From Acetatifactor sp. (GTDB lineage Bacteria; Bacillota; Clostridia; Lachnospirales; Lachnospiraceae), in contig JAZQCX010000093.1 in assembly GCA_045546495.1 (NCBI GenBank), positions 10,961 to 74,960 on the forward strand: 64,000 bases of DNA. The letters run 5' to 3'. The translations under genes were made by a program, and so were the position numbers. Shown one piece after another: positions 42,616 to 52,124 of the stretch; position 1 is the first letter of the stretch; every line of letters starts with the position of its first letter. Below the pieces are notes generated by a model. The model was given only the letters and a program-made list of their open reading frames with translations, was not told the DNA's origin and searched no databases.

Positions 42616-44904
42616 ATGGTTGAATTGTTACAGGGTGGCGCATATCTGTTAAACGGCACGGAAATCGTGGCGGAGGATGCACAGGCTGCGGCTGCCATTA
42701 AAGCAAAAACAGGAAAAGAAATAACAAAGAAGGAAGCTTCCGAGAACACCATCGCGTACGGTATCTTGAAGAATCATAATACCTCCGGTAGCATGGAGAA
42801 GCTGAAAATCAGATTTGATAAATTAACCAGTCACGATATTACCTTTGTGGGAATTATCCAGACAGCGAGAGCTTCGGGACTGCAGAAGTTCCCCATGCCC
42901 TACGTACTTACCAACTGCCACAACTCCCTGTGTGCGGTAGGCGGTACCATCAACGAGGATGACCACATGTTTGGACTGACCTGTGCAAAGAAGTACGGTG
43001 GCGTTTATGTGCCTCCTCATCAGGCAGTCATCCATCAGTATGCGAGAGAAATGCTGGCAGGCGGCGGCAAGATGATTCTTGGTTCCGACTCTCATACCCG
43101 CTACGGTGCTCTGGGTACCATGGCAGTGGGCGAGGGTGGTCCCGAGCTTGTGAAACAGCTGCTGAACCAGACTTACGATATCAATATGCCCGGTGTTGTG
43201 GGTGTATATCTGAAGGGAGCACCGGTAAAGGGAGTAGGCCCTCAGGACGTTGCCCTTGCCATCATCGGTGCAGTGTTTAAGAACGGTTTTGTTAAGAATA
43301 AGGTGATGGAGTTTGTAGGTCCCGGTGTGGCATCCCTGAGCGCAGACTTCCGTATCGGTATTGACGTTATGACTACCGAAACTACCTGTCTGTCCTCTAT
43401 CTGGCAGACTGATAAGGAGATTGAGGAATTCTACGAGATTCACGGTCGTAAGGAAGAGTACAGCGAGCTTGCACCCGGTCAGGTTGCATATTATGACGGC
43501 ATGATGGTAGTGGATATTTCTAGGATTCGCCCTATGATTGCGATGCCCTTCCATCCCAGCAATACCTACACCATCGAGGAACTGAACGCAAATCTCATGG
43601 ATATTTTGGATGAGACCGAAAAGCGTGCGCTGGTAAGCCTTGACGGTGCGGTAGAGTTTAATTTGAAGAATAAAGTTAAGAACGGTAAATTCATGGTGGA
43701 TCAGGGTATCATCGCAGGCTGTGCGGGCGGCGGCTTCGAGAATATTTGTGCAGCAGCAGATATCTTAAAGGGACGCTATACAGGCTCCGACGGCTTTACT
43801 TTAAGCGTTTACCCGGCATCCATGCCTGTATATATGGAGCTGATTCGCAACGGCTGTGCCGCAACCATTCTGGAGACCGGCGCAGTGCTGAAGACTGCTT
43901 TCTGCGGTCCCTGCTTCGGTGCGGGTGATACGCCTGCGAACAATGCGTTCAGTATCCGTCATTCCACAAGAAACTTCCCCAACCGAGAGGGAAGTAAGCT
44001 GCAGAACGGTCAGATTTCTTCCGTAGCACTGATGGATGCCCGCTCTATCGCGGCAACGGCAGCCAATAAGGGTGTGCTGACTCCTGCAACCGACTTTGAC
44101 GGTGAATTCGGAAAGTATAAGTATCATTTTGACAGCAAGATTTACGCAAACCGCGTATTTGATTCCAAGGGTGTTGCAGACCCCGATACGGAAATCCAGT
44201 TTGGTCCCAATATTAAGGATTGGCCCGCAATGGGTGCGCTTCCGGAGAATCTGGTGCTTCGTGTAGTCAGCGAGATTCATGATCCCGTAACCACTACGGA
44301 CGAGCTGATTCCTTCCGGTGAGACTTCATCCTATCGCTCGAATCCTCTGGGACTTGCAGAGTTTGCGTTAAGCCGTAAGGACCCCGAATATGTAGGCAGG
44401 GCAAAGGCAGTGCGTGCTTTTGAAGAGGCACGTTCCAACGGTGGAAATCCCTGCGAGACGTTCCCTGAGCTGGAGAGCGTAATGTCTCCTATCCGTGCGC
44501 AGTTTGCAGAGGTAAGCTGTGAGAATACAGGCTTCGGTTCCACCATCTTCGCGGTGAAGCCCGGTGACGGCTCCGCAAGAGAACAGGCAGCTTCCTGTCA
44601 GAAGGTTCTCGGCGGTTGGGCTAATATTGCAAATGAGTATGCAACGAAGCGTTATCGCTCTAATTTGATTAACTGGGGTATGCTTCCTTTCATCATCGAG
44701 GAGGGTGAGCTTCCCTTTACAAACCTGGATTATCTGTTCGTTCCCGGCATCAAGAAGGCTGTGGAGGAAAAGACGGATGTAATTAAGGCATATGCGGTAA
44801 AGGACGGCGCACTGAAGGAGTTTACCATGACCTTAGGTGAACTGACCGATGAAGAGAGACAGATTATCTTGAAGGGTTGTCTGATTAACTATAACCGCGT
44901 GTAA
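42616..44904 (+). CDS. aconitate hydratase (aconitase-family Fe-S hydro-lyase)
   Basis: 762 aa from the ATG at 42616 (GAGGAGGA SD). Motifs GSDSHT, CGPCFG and NREGS, plus a swivel domain with GDGSAREQA. Confidence 0.85.
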   Translation: MVELLQGGAYLLNGTEIVAEDAQAAAAIKAKTGKEITKKEASENTIAYGILKNHNTSGSMEKLKIRFDKLTSHDITFVGIIQTARASGLQKFPMPYVLTNCHNSLCAVGGTINEDDHMFGLTCAKKYGGVYVPPHQAVIHQYAREMLAGGGKMILGSDSHTRYGALGTMAVGEGGPELVKQLLNQTYDINMPGVVGVYLKGAPVKGVGPQDVALAIIGAVFKNGFVKNKVMEFVGPGVASLSADFRIGIDVMTTETTCLSSIWQTDKEIEEFYEIHGRKEEYSELAPGQVAYYDGMMVVDISRIRPMIAMPFHPSNTYTIEELNANLMDILDETEKRALVSLDGAVEFNLKNKVKNGKFMVDQGIIAGCAGGGFENICAAADILKGRYTGSDGFTLSVYPASMPVYMELIRNGCAATILETGAVLKTAFCGPCFGAGDTPANNAFSIRHSTRNFPNREGSKLQNGQISSVALMDARSIAATAANKGVLTPATDFDGEFGKYKYHFDSKIYANRVFDSKGVADPDTEIQFGPNIKDWPAMGALPENLVLRVVSEIHDPVTTTDELIPSGETSSYRSNPLGLAEFALSRKDPEYVGRAKAVRAFEEARSNGGNPCETFPELESVMSPIRAQFAEVSCENTGFGSTIFAVKPGDGSAREQAASCQKVLGGWANIANEYATKRYRSNLINWGMLPFIIEEGELPFTNLDYLFVPGIKKAVEEKTDVIKAYAVKDGALKEFTMTLGELTDEERQIILKGCLINYNRV

Positions 44905-45033
44905 GAAAACTATCCGGTAATTTGTGCTGAGGACGCCACAAATTTGCCTTGTATATGCAAGGTGAAAATAAGTTTTCACCTGACAGAAATTGTTTGTGTG
45001 TATTTCTGTTGCGCAATTCCCCGATTAATGGGC

Positions 45034-45048
45034 GTTCTCGGAATGGAG
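45034..45048 (+). repeat. copy B of the 15-mer GTTCTCGGAATGGAG, overlapping the SD of the SseB-like gene
   Basis: Exact 15-mer. In-frame ATG codons follow at 45043, 45049 and 45055. Confidence 0.9.
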
Positions 45049-45054
45049 ATGAAA

Positions 45055-45567
45055 ATGGAATTCGATAAAGCTGTGACGAACCCTATGCTGATGGGGTGCA
45101 TCGAACTGATGAGAGAGGAGAATACCCCGGAGCATAGAGATATGTTCTTGCAGGAGCTTGCAAAGGCGCGTTTTATTTCGCCTGCGCTTATGGAGCCCGC
45201 ACCGGTAGAAGATGAGGAGGGCAAGCTTCGTCCCCTGCCTAATACAAAGGTTCAGTTCCCCACCATTGCCACACAGGACGGAAAGAGATTTTTCATGGCT
45301 TTTTCTGACCGTATGGAGTATGAGAAGTGGGTGGAGAAGAACGGACACAAGCTGCCTACCTTTACGCTGAAGCTGGATGAATATGCAGATATGCTGTTCC
45401 GCTCGGAGGCGATGGCGGGAGAAAATGCAGCGATTGGTCTGGTAATTAATCCTTTGGGCGCAAATGTAATTGTTCCGAAGCCCATGGTGGCAGGCTTGAC
45501 TTCCATGCGTATTCCCGGCTTCAATCAGCGCGTGCAGATGAACATGGCGAATCTGGAAGAAAACTAA
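45055..45567 (+). CDS. SseB-like family protein (function unknown)
   Basis: About 170 aa. The pattern FISPAL...FPTIATQDGKRFFMAFSDRMEYEKW...GLVINPLGANVIVP resembles the SseB family from memory. The start is ambiguous between 45043, 45049 and 45055. Confidence 0.45.
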   Translation: MEFDKAVTNPMLMGCIELMREENTPEHRDMFLQELAKARFISPALMEPAPVEDEEGKLRPLPNTKVQFPTIATQDGKRFFMAFSDRMEYEKWVEKNGHKLPTFTLKLDEYADMLFRSEAMAGENAAIGLVINPLGANVIVPKPMVAGLTSMRIPGFNQRVQMNMANLEEN

Positions 45568-45665
45568 ATTGCTGCAGGACTAAAGTAAATTTAAATTGTG
45601 TCGATATACTTGGTACAGGGGATGCGATTTGGCCAATTGTAACCCAAGTAAAAGTGGACACCACG

Positions 45666-45717
45666 GATGGTATTGATTCGGAGAAAGGAAATCTTCGTAT
45701 GAATACCATCTTTTTTT
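45666..45717 (+). terminator. Rho-independent terminator between the SseB-like and EF-hand-like genes
   Basis: gatggtatt (45666-45674) pairs with aataccatc (45702-45710), followed by a T7 run at 45711-45717. Confidence 0.65.
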
Positions 45718-45838
45718 GTATTATGTGGGAACAGGAGGGGAACCGACAAAAAGTTCCGAGGCACTCATGCTGTGACACCACGGATGGGGAAAGGCGGAAG
45801 GTGATTTGGAATGGGTGTGCCTAAAGGAGAGAGGAATA

Positions 45839-47011
45839 TTGAGAATTGATTCCGCTACCATAGCAATGGAATCCGAAAGGAGCTACAAAAGCACTTCTAC
45901 ATCCGTGCGTCGATTTGTACTGGCGGACTACCGGGAAACCGGTCAGGGAAGCCATGCCCTGAACGCTGCCATAGACAGCGGTACGGGAAATGCGGCGGGA
46001 GAGAACTGGAGCCGGACGCAGGAGGATGAGGAAAAAACTGCGGAAACAGGTGAACAGAAGCTTACGACCATGGAGGAGTGGAAGACCAGATTTCAGGCAA
46101 CCGGGACAAATATTTCCATCAGAAGCGCATCAAGCCAGACATATGTGGAAATCCAGCAGCATACGATTCGATATATCTTCGATTTATTGTTCGGAGAGAT
46201 GAGGGATCGGTTAAGCAGGTGGCTGGAAGAGGCAACCGGAAAAACAGCGGAGACGGGAAGCCCGGTGCAGAATTCGGTCCAAGGTTCCCTGCAACCGGTA
46301 GGTCAGCAGGGAGCATTTACCACGTCCATGCAGGTTTTCCGCTACAGCGAAGAGACTATTTTCGCGGAAAAGGAAAGCACCTCGTTTTCCACAACGGGAA
46401 CGGTGAAAACTGCAGACGGCAGAGAGATATCATTTCAGGTAAATGTGGGAATGAGCCGCCAGTTTCAGGAGCGGTTCAGTCAGGAGCTGGATCTGGCATC
46501 CTTTACCATGTGCGATCCGCTTGTGATTAACATGGATACGGATGCGGCAAGCCTTTCCGACCAGACATTTTACTTTGATATTGATGCGGACGGGGAAAAG
46601 GACGAAATTTCACAGCTTGGTGCAGGAAGCGGTTATCTTGCGCTGGATAAGAGCGGTGACGGTGTGATTAACGACGGTAAAGAACTGTTTGGTACAGCCA
46701 GCGGTAACGGTTTTGCAGATTTGGCAGAATATGATGAGGACGGCAACGGCTGGATTGACGAAAATGACGAGGTTTGGAATAAGCTGAAAATCTGGACGAA
46801 GGATGCGGAGGGCAGGGATGTTTTGTATCGCCTTTCCGAAAAGGGAGTCGGCGCCATCTGCCTGCAAAATGCAGCTACGGATTATACCCAGAAGGGACAG
46901 CAGGGACAGACCTTGGGAGCAATCCGTAACACGGGAATTTTTCTGTACGAAAATGGAAATGTGGGAACCGTTCAGCATGTAGATGTTGCAAAATACGAGA
47001 AGGAAGCGTAG
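45839..47011 (+). CDS. hypothetical cytoplasmic protein with C-terminal EF-hand-like / DxDxDG calcium-binding loops
   Basis: About 390 aa. Loops DIDADGEKDEISQLG, LDKSGDGVINDGKELFG and EYDEDGNGWIDENDEVWNKL. No signal peptide. The start is uncertain: TTG at 45839 behind AAAGGAGAGAGG, TTG at 45806 or ATG at 45866. Confidence 0.5.
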   Translation: MRIDSATIAMESERSYKSTSTSVRRFVLADYRETGQGSHALNAAIDSGTGNAAGENWSRTQEDEEKTAETGEQKLTTMEEWKTRFQATGTNISIRSASSQTYVEIQQHTIRYIFDLLFGEMRDRLSRWLEEATGKTAETGSPVQNSVQGSLQPVGQQGAFTTSMQVFRYSEETIFAEKESTSFSTTGTVKTADGREISFQVNVGMSRQFQERFSQELDLASFTMCDPLVINMDTDAASLSDQTFYFDIDADGEKDEISQLGAGSGYLALDKSGDGVINDGKELFGTASGNGFADLAEYDEDGNGWIDENDEVWNKLKIWTKDAEGRDVLYRLSEKGVGAICLQNAATDYTQKGQQGQTLGAIRNTGIFLYENGNVGTVQHVDVAKYEKEA

Positions 47012-47017
47012 ACTGAT

Positions 47018-47049
47018 AGCAGGGAGACGAAAGTCTCCCTGCTGTTTTG
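47018..47049 (+). terminator. Rho-independent terminator
   Basis: agcagggagac / gtctccctgct 11-bp stem, GAAA loop, then gtttt. Confidence 0.75.
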
Positions 47050-47172
47050 ACCATATGAAAGTCTATGTTTGAATATCGTGCTGGATTCGATTTATAGTTT
47101 TAATTGAATAAAAATGTATTGTAAGAAGATGCAGCAAGGGAAAGGTTTTTACAAGGAAGGATTTTACATAGT

Positions 47173-48552
47173 ATGGCGAGAATCGGGAAATTATATGACA
47201 AAAGTAAAATCAATTTTGAAGAGATGCTTTATCCGGGAAAGGCGATGGTGGCATTACTGATTCCCATCGTAGTAGAGCAGCTTTTGAATTCCTTCATGGG
47301 TATGGCGGATACCATGATGGTAAGCAATGTAGGCAGCGAAGCAATTTCGGCGGTGTCGCTGGTAGATTCCGTGAACCATCTGGTAGTACAGGTTTTTTCC
47401 GCAATGGCAACCGGTGCAACCATCATCTGTTCCCAGTATTTGGGAAATCGGGATAAGCAGGGAAGCAATCGGGCGGCAAGGCAGGTGGTGCTTGCAGTGT
47501 CTGTGATTTCTACGGCAATCATGCTCTTGGCGCTGATGTTCAGAAACCCGTTGCTTCGTCTGATTTTCGGTCAAATTGAGCCCGGAGTAATGAGTAACGC
47601 GCAAAAGTATTTCTTTGTGACAGTTATGTCATATCCGTTTCTGGCACTGTTTAATGCGGGTTCCGCACTGTTTCGGGCCAGCGGGAATTCCAGATTGCCC
47701 ATGGTTGTTTCGGTTATTTCTAACCTGATGAATATATCCCTGAATGCGGTGTTTATATTCGGATTCGGCATGGGTGTAGTGGGAGCGGCTGTGGCAACGC
47801 TGATTTCAAGAGTGTTCTGCACGATTACCATATTTGTTTGCCTTAGAAAGCCCAAACAGGATATTGTAGTGCGGGACTATGTAAAAATTCGTCCGGATAT
47901 GTCTCTGATCGGAAAGATATTGGCGATCGGTGTTCCGGCGGGAATCGAAAACGGCATGTTTCAATTCGGTAAGCTGGCAATCCAATCCACGGTGTCTACC
48001 ATGGGAACCGCGGCAATCGCGGCACAGGCAATGGCAAATATCATGGAGATGGTGAACGGTATTTTCGGTATCGGTGTAGGAATCGGACTGATGACCATGG
48101 TAGGGCAGGCAATCGGTGCAGGCAGGAACGAGGAAGCAAAGTATTACATGGTGAAATGCACAAAGATTGGCTTTGTGGGTATTGCCGTGTCGTGCCTGCT
48201 GGTACTGTTAATTACAAAGCCGGTACTCTGGCTTGCGGGTATGGAAGCGGAAAGCGCGACGCTCTGCTTTGAAATGGTTGTGGCAATCACCATTGCAAAA
48301 CCGCTGTTTTGGGCACTATCGTTTATTCCGGCTTACGGTATGCGGGCGGCGGGGGATGTAAAATTTTCCATGATGACCTCTACCATTACCATGTGGTGTT
48401 TGCGAGTGGCGCTCTGTATTTTCCTGGTGAAGACCTTCCACATGGGTCCCATGGCGGTATGGTACGGAATGTTTGCAGACTGGGCGGTGCGCGGTGTTGT
48501 ATTTTTCTGCCGCTTTAAGAGCGGTAAATGGCTACACGAGAAGGTAGTCTGA
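47173..48552 (+). CDS. MATE-family efflux transporter
   Basis: 459 aa, about 12 TM. The N-terminal pattern LLIPIVVEQLLNSFMGMADTMMVSNVG is typical of MATE/NorM-like proteins. Confidence 0.85.
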   Translation: MARIGKLYDKSKINFEEMLYPGKAMVALLIPIVVEQLLNSFMGMADTMMVSNVGSEAISAVSLVDSVNHLVVQVFSAMATGATIICSQYLGNRDKQGSNRAARQVVLAVSVISTAIMLLALMFRNPLLRLIFGQIEPGVMSNAQKYFFVTVMSYPFLALFNAGSALFRASGNSRLPMVVSVISNLMNISLNAVFIFGFGMGVVGAAVATLISRVFCTITIFVCLRKPKQDIVVRDYVKIRPDMSLIGKILAIGVPAGIENGMFQFGKLAIQSTVSTMGTAAIAAQAMANIMEMVNGIFGIGVGIGLMTMVGQAIGAGRNEEAKYYMVKCTKIGFVGIAVSCLLVLLITKPVLWLAGMEAESATLCFEMVVAITIAKPLFWALSFIPAYGMRAAGDVKFSMMTSTITMWCLRVALCIFLVKTFHMGPMAVWYGMFADWAVRGVVFFCRFKSGKWLHEKVV

Positions 48553-48643
48553 TTAAGACAAGGCTGAATAAAAATTTTCTTTCCGGCAAAACTGTTAGCG
48601 AAGAAACATCTAACAGCTTGTATTGAAGGAAGGAAAATCGGTC

Positions 48644-49588
48644 ATGAGAAGAAATAGAAGAAGTAGCGGAAAAAAAGAGCGCATTGTCATGATTGCTTCG
48701 TCGGTCTTTGTGCTGGCGGCGCTGACCATGACGGGAGTGTATATGCAGTCACGGGAGAGCGAGTCTAAGGATGACGGCTATACAATAGACTTTGCCGCGC
48801 TGGAAAGCAATGCGGAAAAGAAAAATCAGGAAATTGCGCAAAATAAGCAGACAGAGCAGATTGCACAGCTCCCGGCAGAAAAGGACGAACAGCCGCAGCA
48901 GGCGAAGGGCGAGCCTGTAATAGAGGGAGAACTGGACTATATGCCTCTGGAGGCAGGCTCCGGTCTGGTGGAAATCCCCGGACTTACTGACGGTGTTTTG
49001 GGTCAGACGGATGTAAATGTAGGACTGGACGGAGGTGCTATGGCAGGCATTACCGACGGCGCCCAGGATAGTCTGCTTGCAGAACAATCGGAGGCGGTTG
49101 CAGAAGCTGACACCGCGCAAAAGGATACTAAGGCAGCCTCCGCGAATAAAGCGGTAGTGGTAAAGGAGCTTCATTTTGCGGAGACAGACGGCTTACAGCG
49201 TCCCCTTCAGGGAGAGGTGCTGATTCCTTTTTCCATGGAAAGCGGCACTTACTTTGCAACTTTGGAGCAATATAAATACAATCCGGCACTGATGCTGAAG
49301 GCGGAGCAGGGTACCCCTGTTACAGCCTGTGCAGAGGGTGAGGTTATCGAGGTTTTTGAGGATGCGGAAATCGGACATGCGGTTACCGTGAATTTGGGCG
49401 ACGGATATCAGCTTACCTACGGGCAGCTTACGGAAATTGCAGTTTCCGTCGGCAGTCACGTAAAGGCGGGAGATGCTATCGGTGTGGTGGCAGCACCTAC
49501 TAAGTATTTCAGCGTAGAAGGCGCGAACCTGTACCTGAAGCTGATGGCAGGGGATGTTCCCGTAGACCCTGAAAAGCTATTCCGCTAA
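48644..49588 (+). CDS. membrane-anchored LytM/M23-domain protein with a degenerate active site (SpoIIQ/EnvC-like non-catalytic type)
   Basis: 314 aa. N-terminal TM segment, acidic linker and a C-terminal M23 fold pattern (GTPVTACAEGEVIEV...GDGYQLTYGQL...GDAIGVV). All metal-ligand positions are substituted. Confidence 0.65.
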   Translation: MRRNRRSSGKKERIVMIASSVFVLAALTMTGVYMQSRESESKDDGYTIDFAALESNAEKKNQEIAQNKQTEQIAQLPAEKDEQPQQAKGEPVIEGELDYMPLEAGSGLVEIPGLTDGVLGQTDVNVGLDGGAMAGITDGAQDSLLAEQSEAVAEADTAQKDTKAASANKAVVVKELHFAETDGLQRPLQGEVLIPFSMESGTYFATLEQYKYNPALMLKAEQGTPVTACAEGEVIEVFEDAEIGHAVTVNLGDGYQLTYGQLTEIAVSVGSHVKAGDAIGVVAAPTKYFSVEGANLYLKLMAGDVPVDPEKLFR

Positions 49589-49615
49589 AATCGACGGTAG
49601 CAGGCAGGTGACGGA

Positions 49616-50785
49616 ATGTATATAACAGGCGGAATCATAAAGACCATGTCCGGAGAGGATATTGCTGACGGCTGTATCCGCATTGCAGACGGAAAAATAA
49701 AGGAAATCGGCAGGCGGGATGAAATAAAAATTCATCCCGCTATCCATGAACGGATAATAGAAGTGAAAAACGGTATTATTATGCCGGGGATTATTGAGGC
49801 CCATTGTCACATGGGAATCACCGAGGAGAAGAAAGGTATGGAGGGAGATGACTGTAACGAAACGGTTGACCCGATAACTCCGTATCTTCGGGCAATAGAT
49901 GCCATCAATACCATGGATGCAGCCTTTGATGATGCGGTTCGGGCGGGAATTACGTCGGCTATGATAGGACCGGGCAGCTCTAATGTTGTGGGCGGTCAGT
50001 TTGCATTTTTGAAGACAAAGGGCCGCAGGGTGGATGACCTGATGGTAAAAGCTCCGGCAGCCATGAAGGTAGCGTTTGGAGAAAACCCTAAGGTAAACTA
50101 TTCGGGTCAGGGAAAAAGTCCCTCTACCAGAATGGCGATTGCGGGAATGCTGCGAAAGGAGTTGACGAGAGCGGCGCAGTATGCTACACGGAAAGATAAG
50201 GCAAATGGTGAGGGTGAATTCTTTGAAGAGGATTTTGAACTGGAGTGCTGGCTTCCCGTGTTAAAGGGGGAAATTCCTTTAAAGGCTCATGTTCACAGAG
50301 TAGATGATATTTTTACAGCCATTCGGATTGCCAAAGAGTTTGGGTTGAAGATGACTCTTGACCACTGTTCCGAGGGACATCTGATTGCGCAGGAGCTGGC
50401 GGCGGAAGGCTATCCTGCCATTGTGGGACCGGACCTTGCAAGCAGAAGCAAGATAGAAGTGCAAAACATGGCGTTCAAAACCGCAGGAGTGCTCAGTGAG
50501 GCAGGGGTGAAGATTGCGATTACAACAGACCATCCGGTCTCCCTTATTAATTCTCTTCCCCTGTGTGCCGGACTTGCAACGAAAGCGGGGTTACCCTTGG
50601 AGGAAGCGTACCGTGCCATCACCCTTTACCCGGCGGAAATTTGCGGAGTTTCGGACAGAATGGGAAGTCTGGAGGTGGGAAAGGATGCGGATATCGCCAT
50701 CTTTTCCGGTAATCCCATGGAGGTTTTTACGAAGACGCTTTACACGATTATTGATGGAGAAATTGTGTATGAAGCAGAGAAATAG
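49616..50785 (+). CDS. amidohydrolase-family protein (imidazolonepropionase/dihydroorotase-like superfamily)
   Basis: 389 aa. PGIIEAHCHMG (HxH), AHVH and a C-terminal GSLEVGKDADIAIF motif. Confidence 0.75.
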   Translation: MYITGGIIKTMSGEDIADGCIRIADGKIKEIGRRDEIKIHPAIHERIIEVKNGIIMPGIIEAHCHMGITEEKKGMEGDDCNETVDPITPYLRAIDAINTMDAAFDDAVRAGITSAMIGPGSSNVVGGQFAFLKTKGRRVDDLMVKAPAAMKVAFGENPKVNYSGQGKSPSTRMAIAGMLRKELTRAAQYATRKDKANGEGEFFEEDFELECWLPVLKGEIPLKAHVHRVDDIFTAIRIAKEFGLKMTLDHCSEGHLIAQELAAEGYPAIVGPDLASRSKIEVQNMAFKTAGVLSEAGVKIAITTDHPVSLINSLPLCAGLATKAGLPLEEAYRAITLYPAEICGVSDRMGSLEVGKDADIAIFSGNPMEVFTKTLYTIIDGEIVYEAEK

Positions 50786-50845
50786 CGTTGCCTTATGCTG
50801 AAAATGTGGTATGATTGATTCAGGCGTAAAAGGGTGGAGGTTCCA

Positions 50846-52108
50846 TTGAAGAAACGTAAGATAATAAGTCTGGCGGTCTGCTGTTGCCTGAGCCTGAGTG
50901 CTTTGGCAGGTTGCGGCGAGCAGACCACGTCAGTTGAAGTGAAAAGTCCATATGCAGAGGTTATCAGCATGGAGACCACTCCGGTGATTGATTATACCGT
51001 TCCGGTTTACCTTCCCAATATTCTTGTGGATTTACAGGGATATTGTCAGGGGGAAAAGCAGTATGCTTTTCTGAAGGGGAAAACCATACCGGAGGAGTTT
51101 TCCCTGGTTTGCGCAGAGACCGGCGAGGTAGTCTATACGGGGCAGGTTGAGGATACGGTATATCATGAAGACTTAGGGCTGTACAGCGGTTGCGCAGATT
51201 TCAGTGAATTTACCGAAGCGGGAAGCTATTACCTCCGATGTGACACCATCGGTCAGTCCTATTCCTTTCAGATAGAGGAAGCACTGTATGACAGGCTCTT
51301 CGAGGAAACCTATGACCTGCTTATGGTAAAGTGCAGTGAGAGGACGTTGGAGCCCGCGGAGGCGGTTGCTCTGTTGGAAACCTTTGAATGGTACGGGAAG
51401 CTGTTCCCGGATGAGGATGGAGATAAGATTCCCGACATGCTTGTAGCGCTCAAGGGGTGGATTTCCCATCAGGAGAGCAACGGTATACAGCCTGAAGACG
51501 AGGCTCTGTATGCGGCAATGCTTGCAAAGTTCAGCTATACATATCAGAAGTATGATTTGAAATACGCTACGGAATGTCTGCAGAGAGCGTCTACCGTGTT
51601 CGGACAGGTGCAGAATACCCTGAGCAAGGATGCAGATACCTTCTTTGCGCTGACGGAGCTTTACCGTGCTACGGGACTTGCAACTTATCGTAACCAGATT
51701 GCGGATTATGTGAGCTTTTTTGAAAATAATACCAGTTATCTGGAGGAGCAGGAATACCTTTACGGTGTGATGACCTATCTGGTAACGAGACAGTCCGTGA
51801 ATATGGATTTGTGCAGCGATTTTATGGGGACGCTGATGGATAAGGCGGAGGAGATTTCCGGGCGATACGAAGAGATGCTTCGACCCGTGAATGCAAAGAA
51901 TAACGGTTCTGCTGATTTATTAAAAAATGCAATGATAGTGTCATGTGCAAACTTTTGCATGAATAACTATCAATACACGAATATCTGTGAGGAATTTCTG
52001 CACTACCTCATGGGAAGAAATCGGGAATCTGTGAACTTCTATGCAAGTGACGAGGAAAGAGTCAGGTATTTACTGCTGTTGGCGGGACTGGCGGCAGATG
52101 CGGAATAA
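50846..52108 (+). CDS. lipoprotein with a GH9-like N-terminal Ig domain and a truncated (alpha/alpha)6-like domain
   Basis: TTG at 50846 (GGTGGAGG SD) gives MKKRKIISLAVCCCLSLSALAGC (lipobox). The region ...FSLVCAETGEVVYTG...DFSEFTEAGSYYLRC...SYSFQIEEALYD resembles the CelD_N domain, and the C-terminal HYLMGRNRESVNFY resembles the GH9 C-terminus. It is shorter than catalytic GH9 enzymes. Confidence 0.4.
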   Translation: MKKRKIISLAVCCCLSLSALAGCGEQTTSVEVKSPYAEVISMETTPVIDYTVPVYLPNILVDLQGYCQGEKQYAFLKGKTIPEEFSLVCAETGEVVYTGQVEDTVYHEDLGLYSGCADFSEFTEAGSYYLRCDTIGQSYSFQIEEALYDRLFEETYDLLMVKCSERTLEPAEAVALLETFEWYGKLFPDEDGDKIPDMLVALKGWISHQESNGIQPEDEALYAAMLAKFSYTYQKYDLKYATECLQRASTVFGQVQNTLSKDADTFFALTELYRATGLATYRNQIADYVSFFENNTSYLEEQEYLYGVMTYLVTRQSVNMDLCSDFMGTLMDKAEEISGRYEEMLRPVNAKNNGSADLLKNAMIVSCANFCMNNYQYTNICEEFLHYLMGRNRESVNFYASDEERVRYLLLLAGLAADAE

Positions 52109-52124
52109 GGAGAGGATAGAGAGT

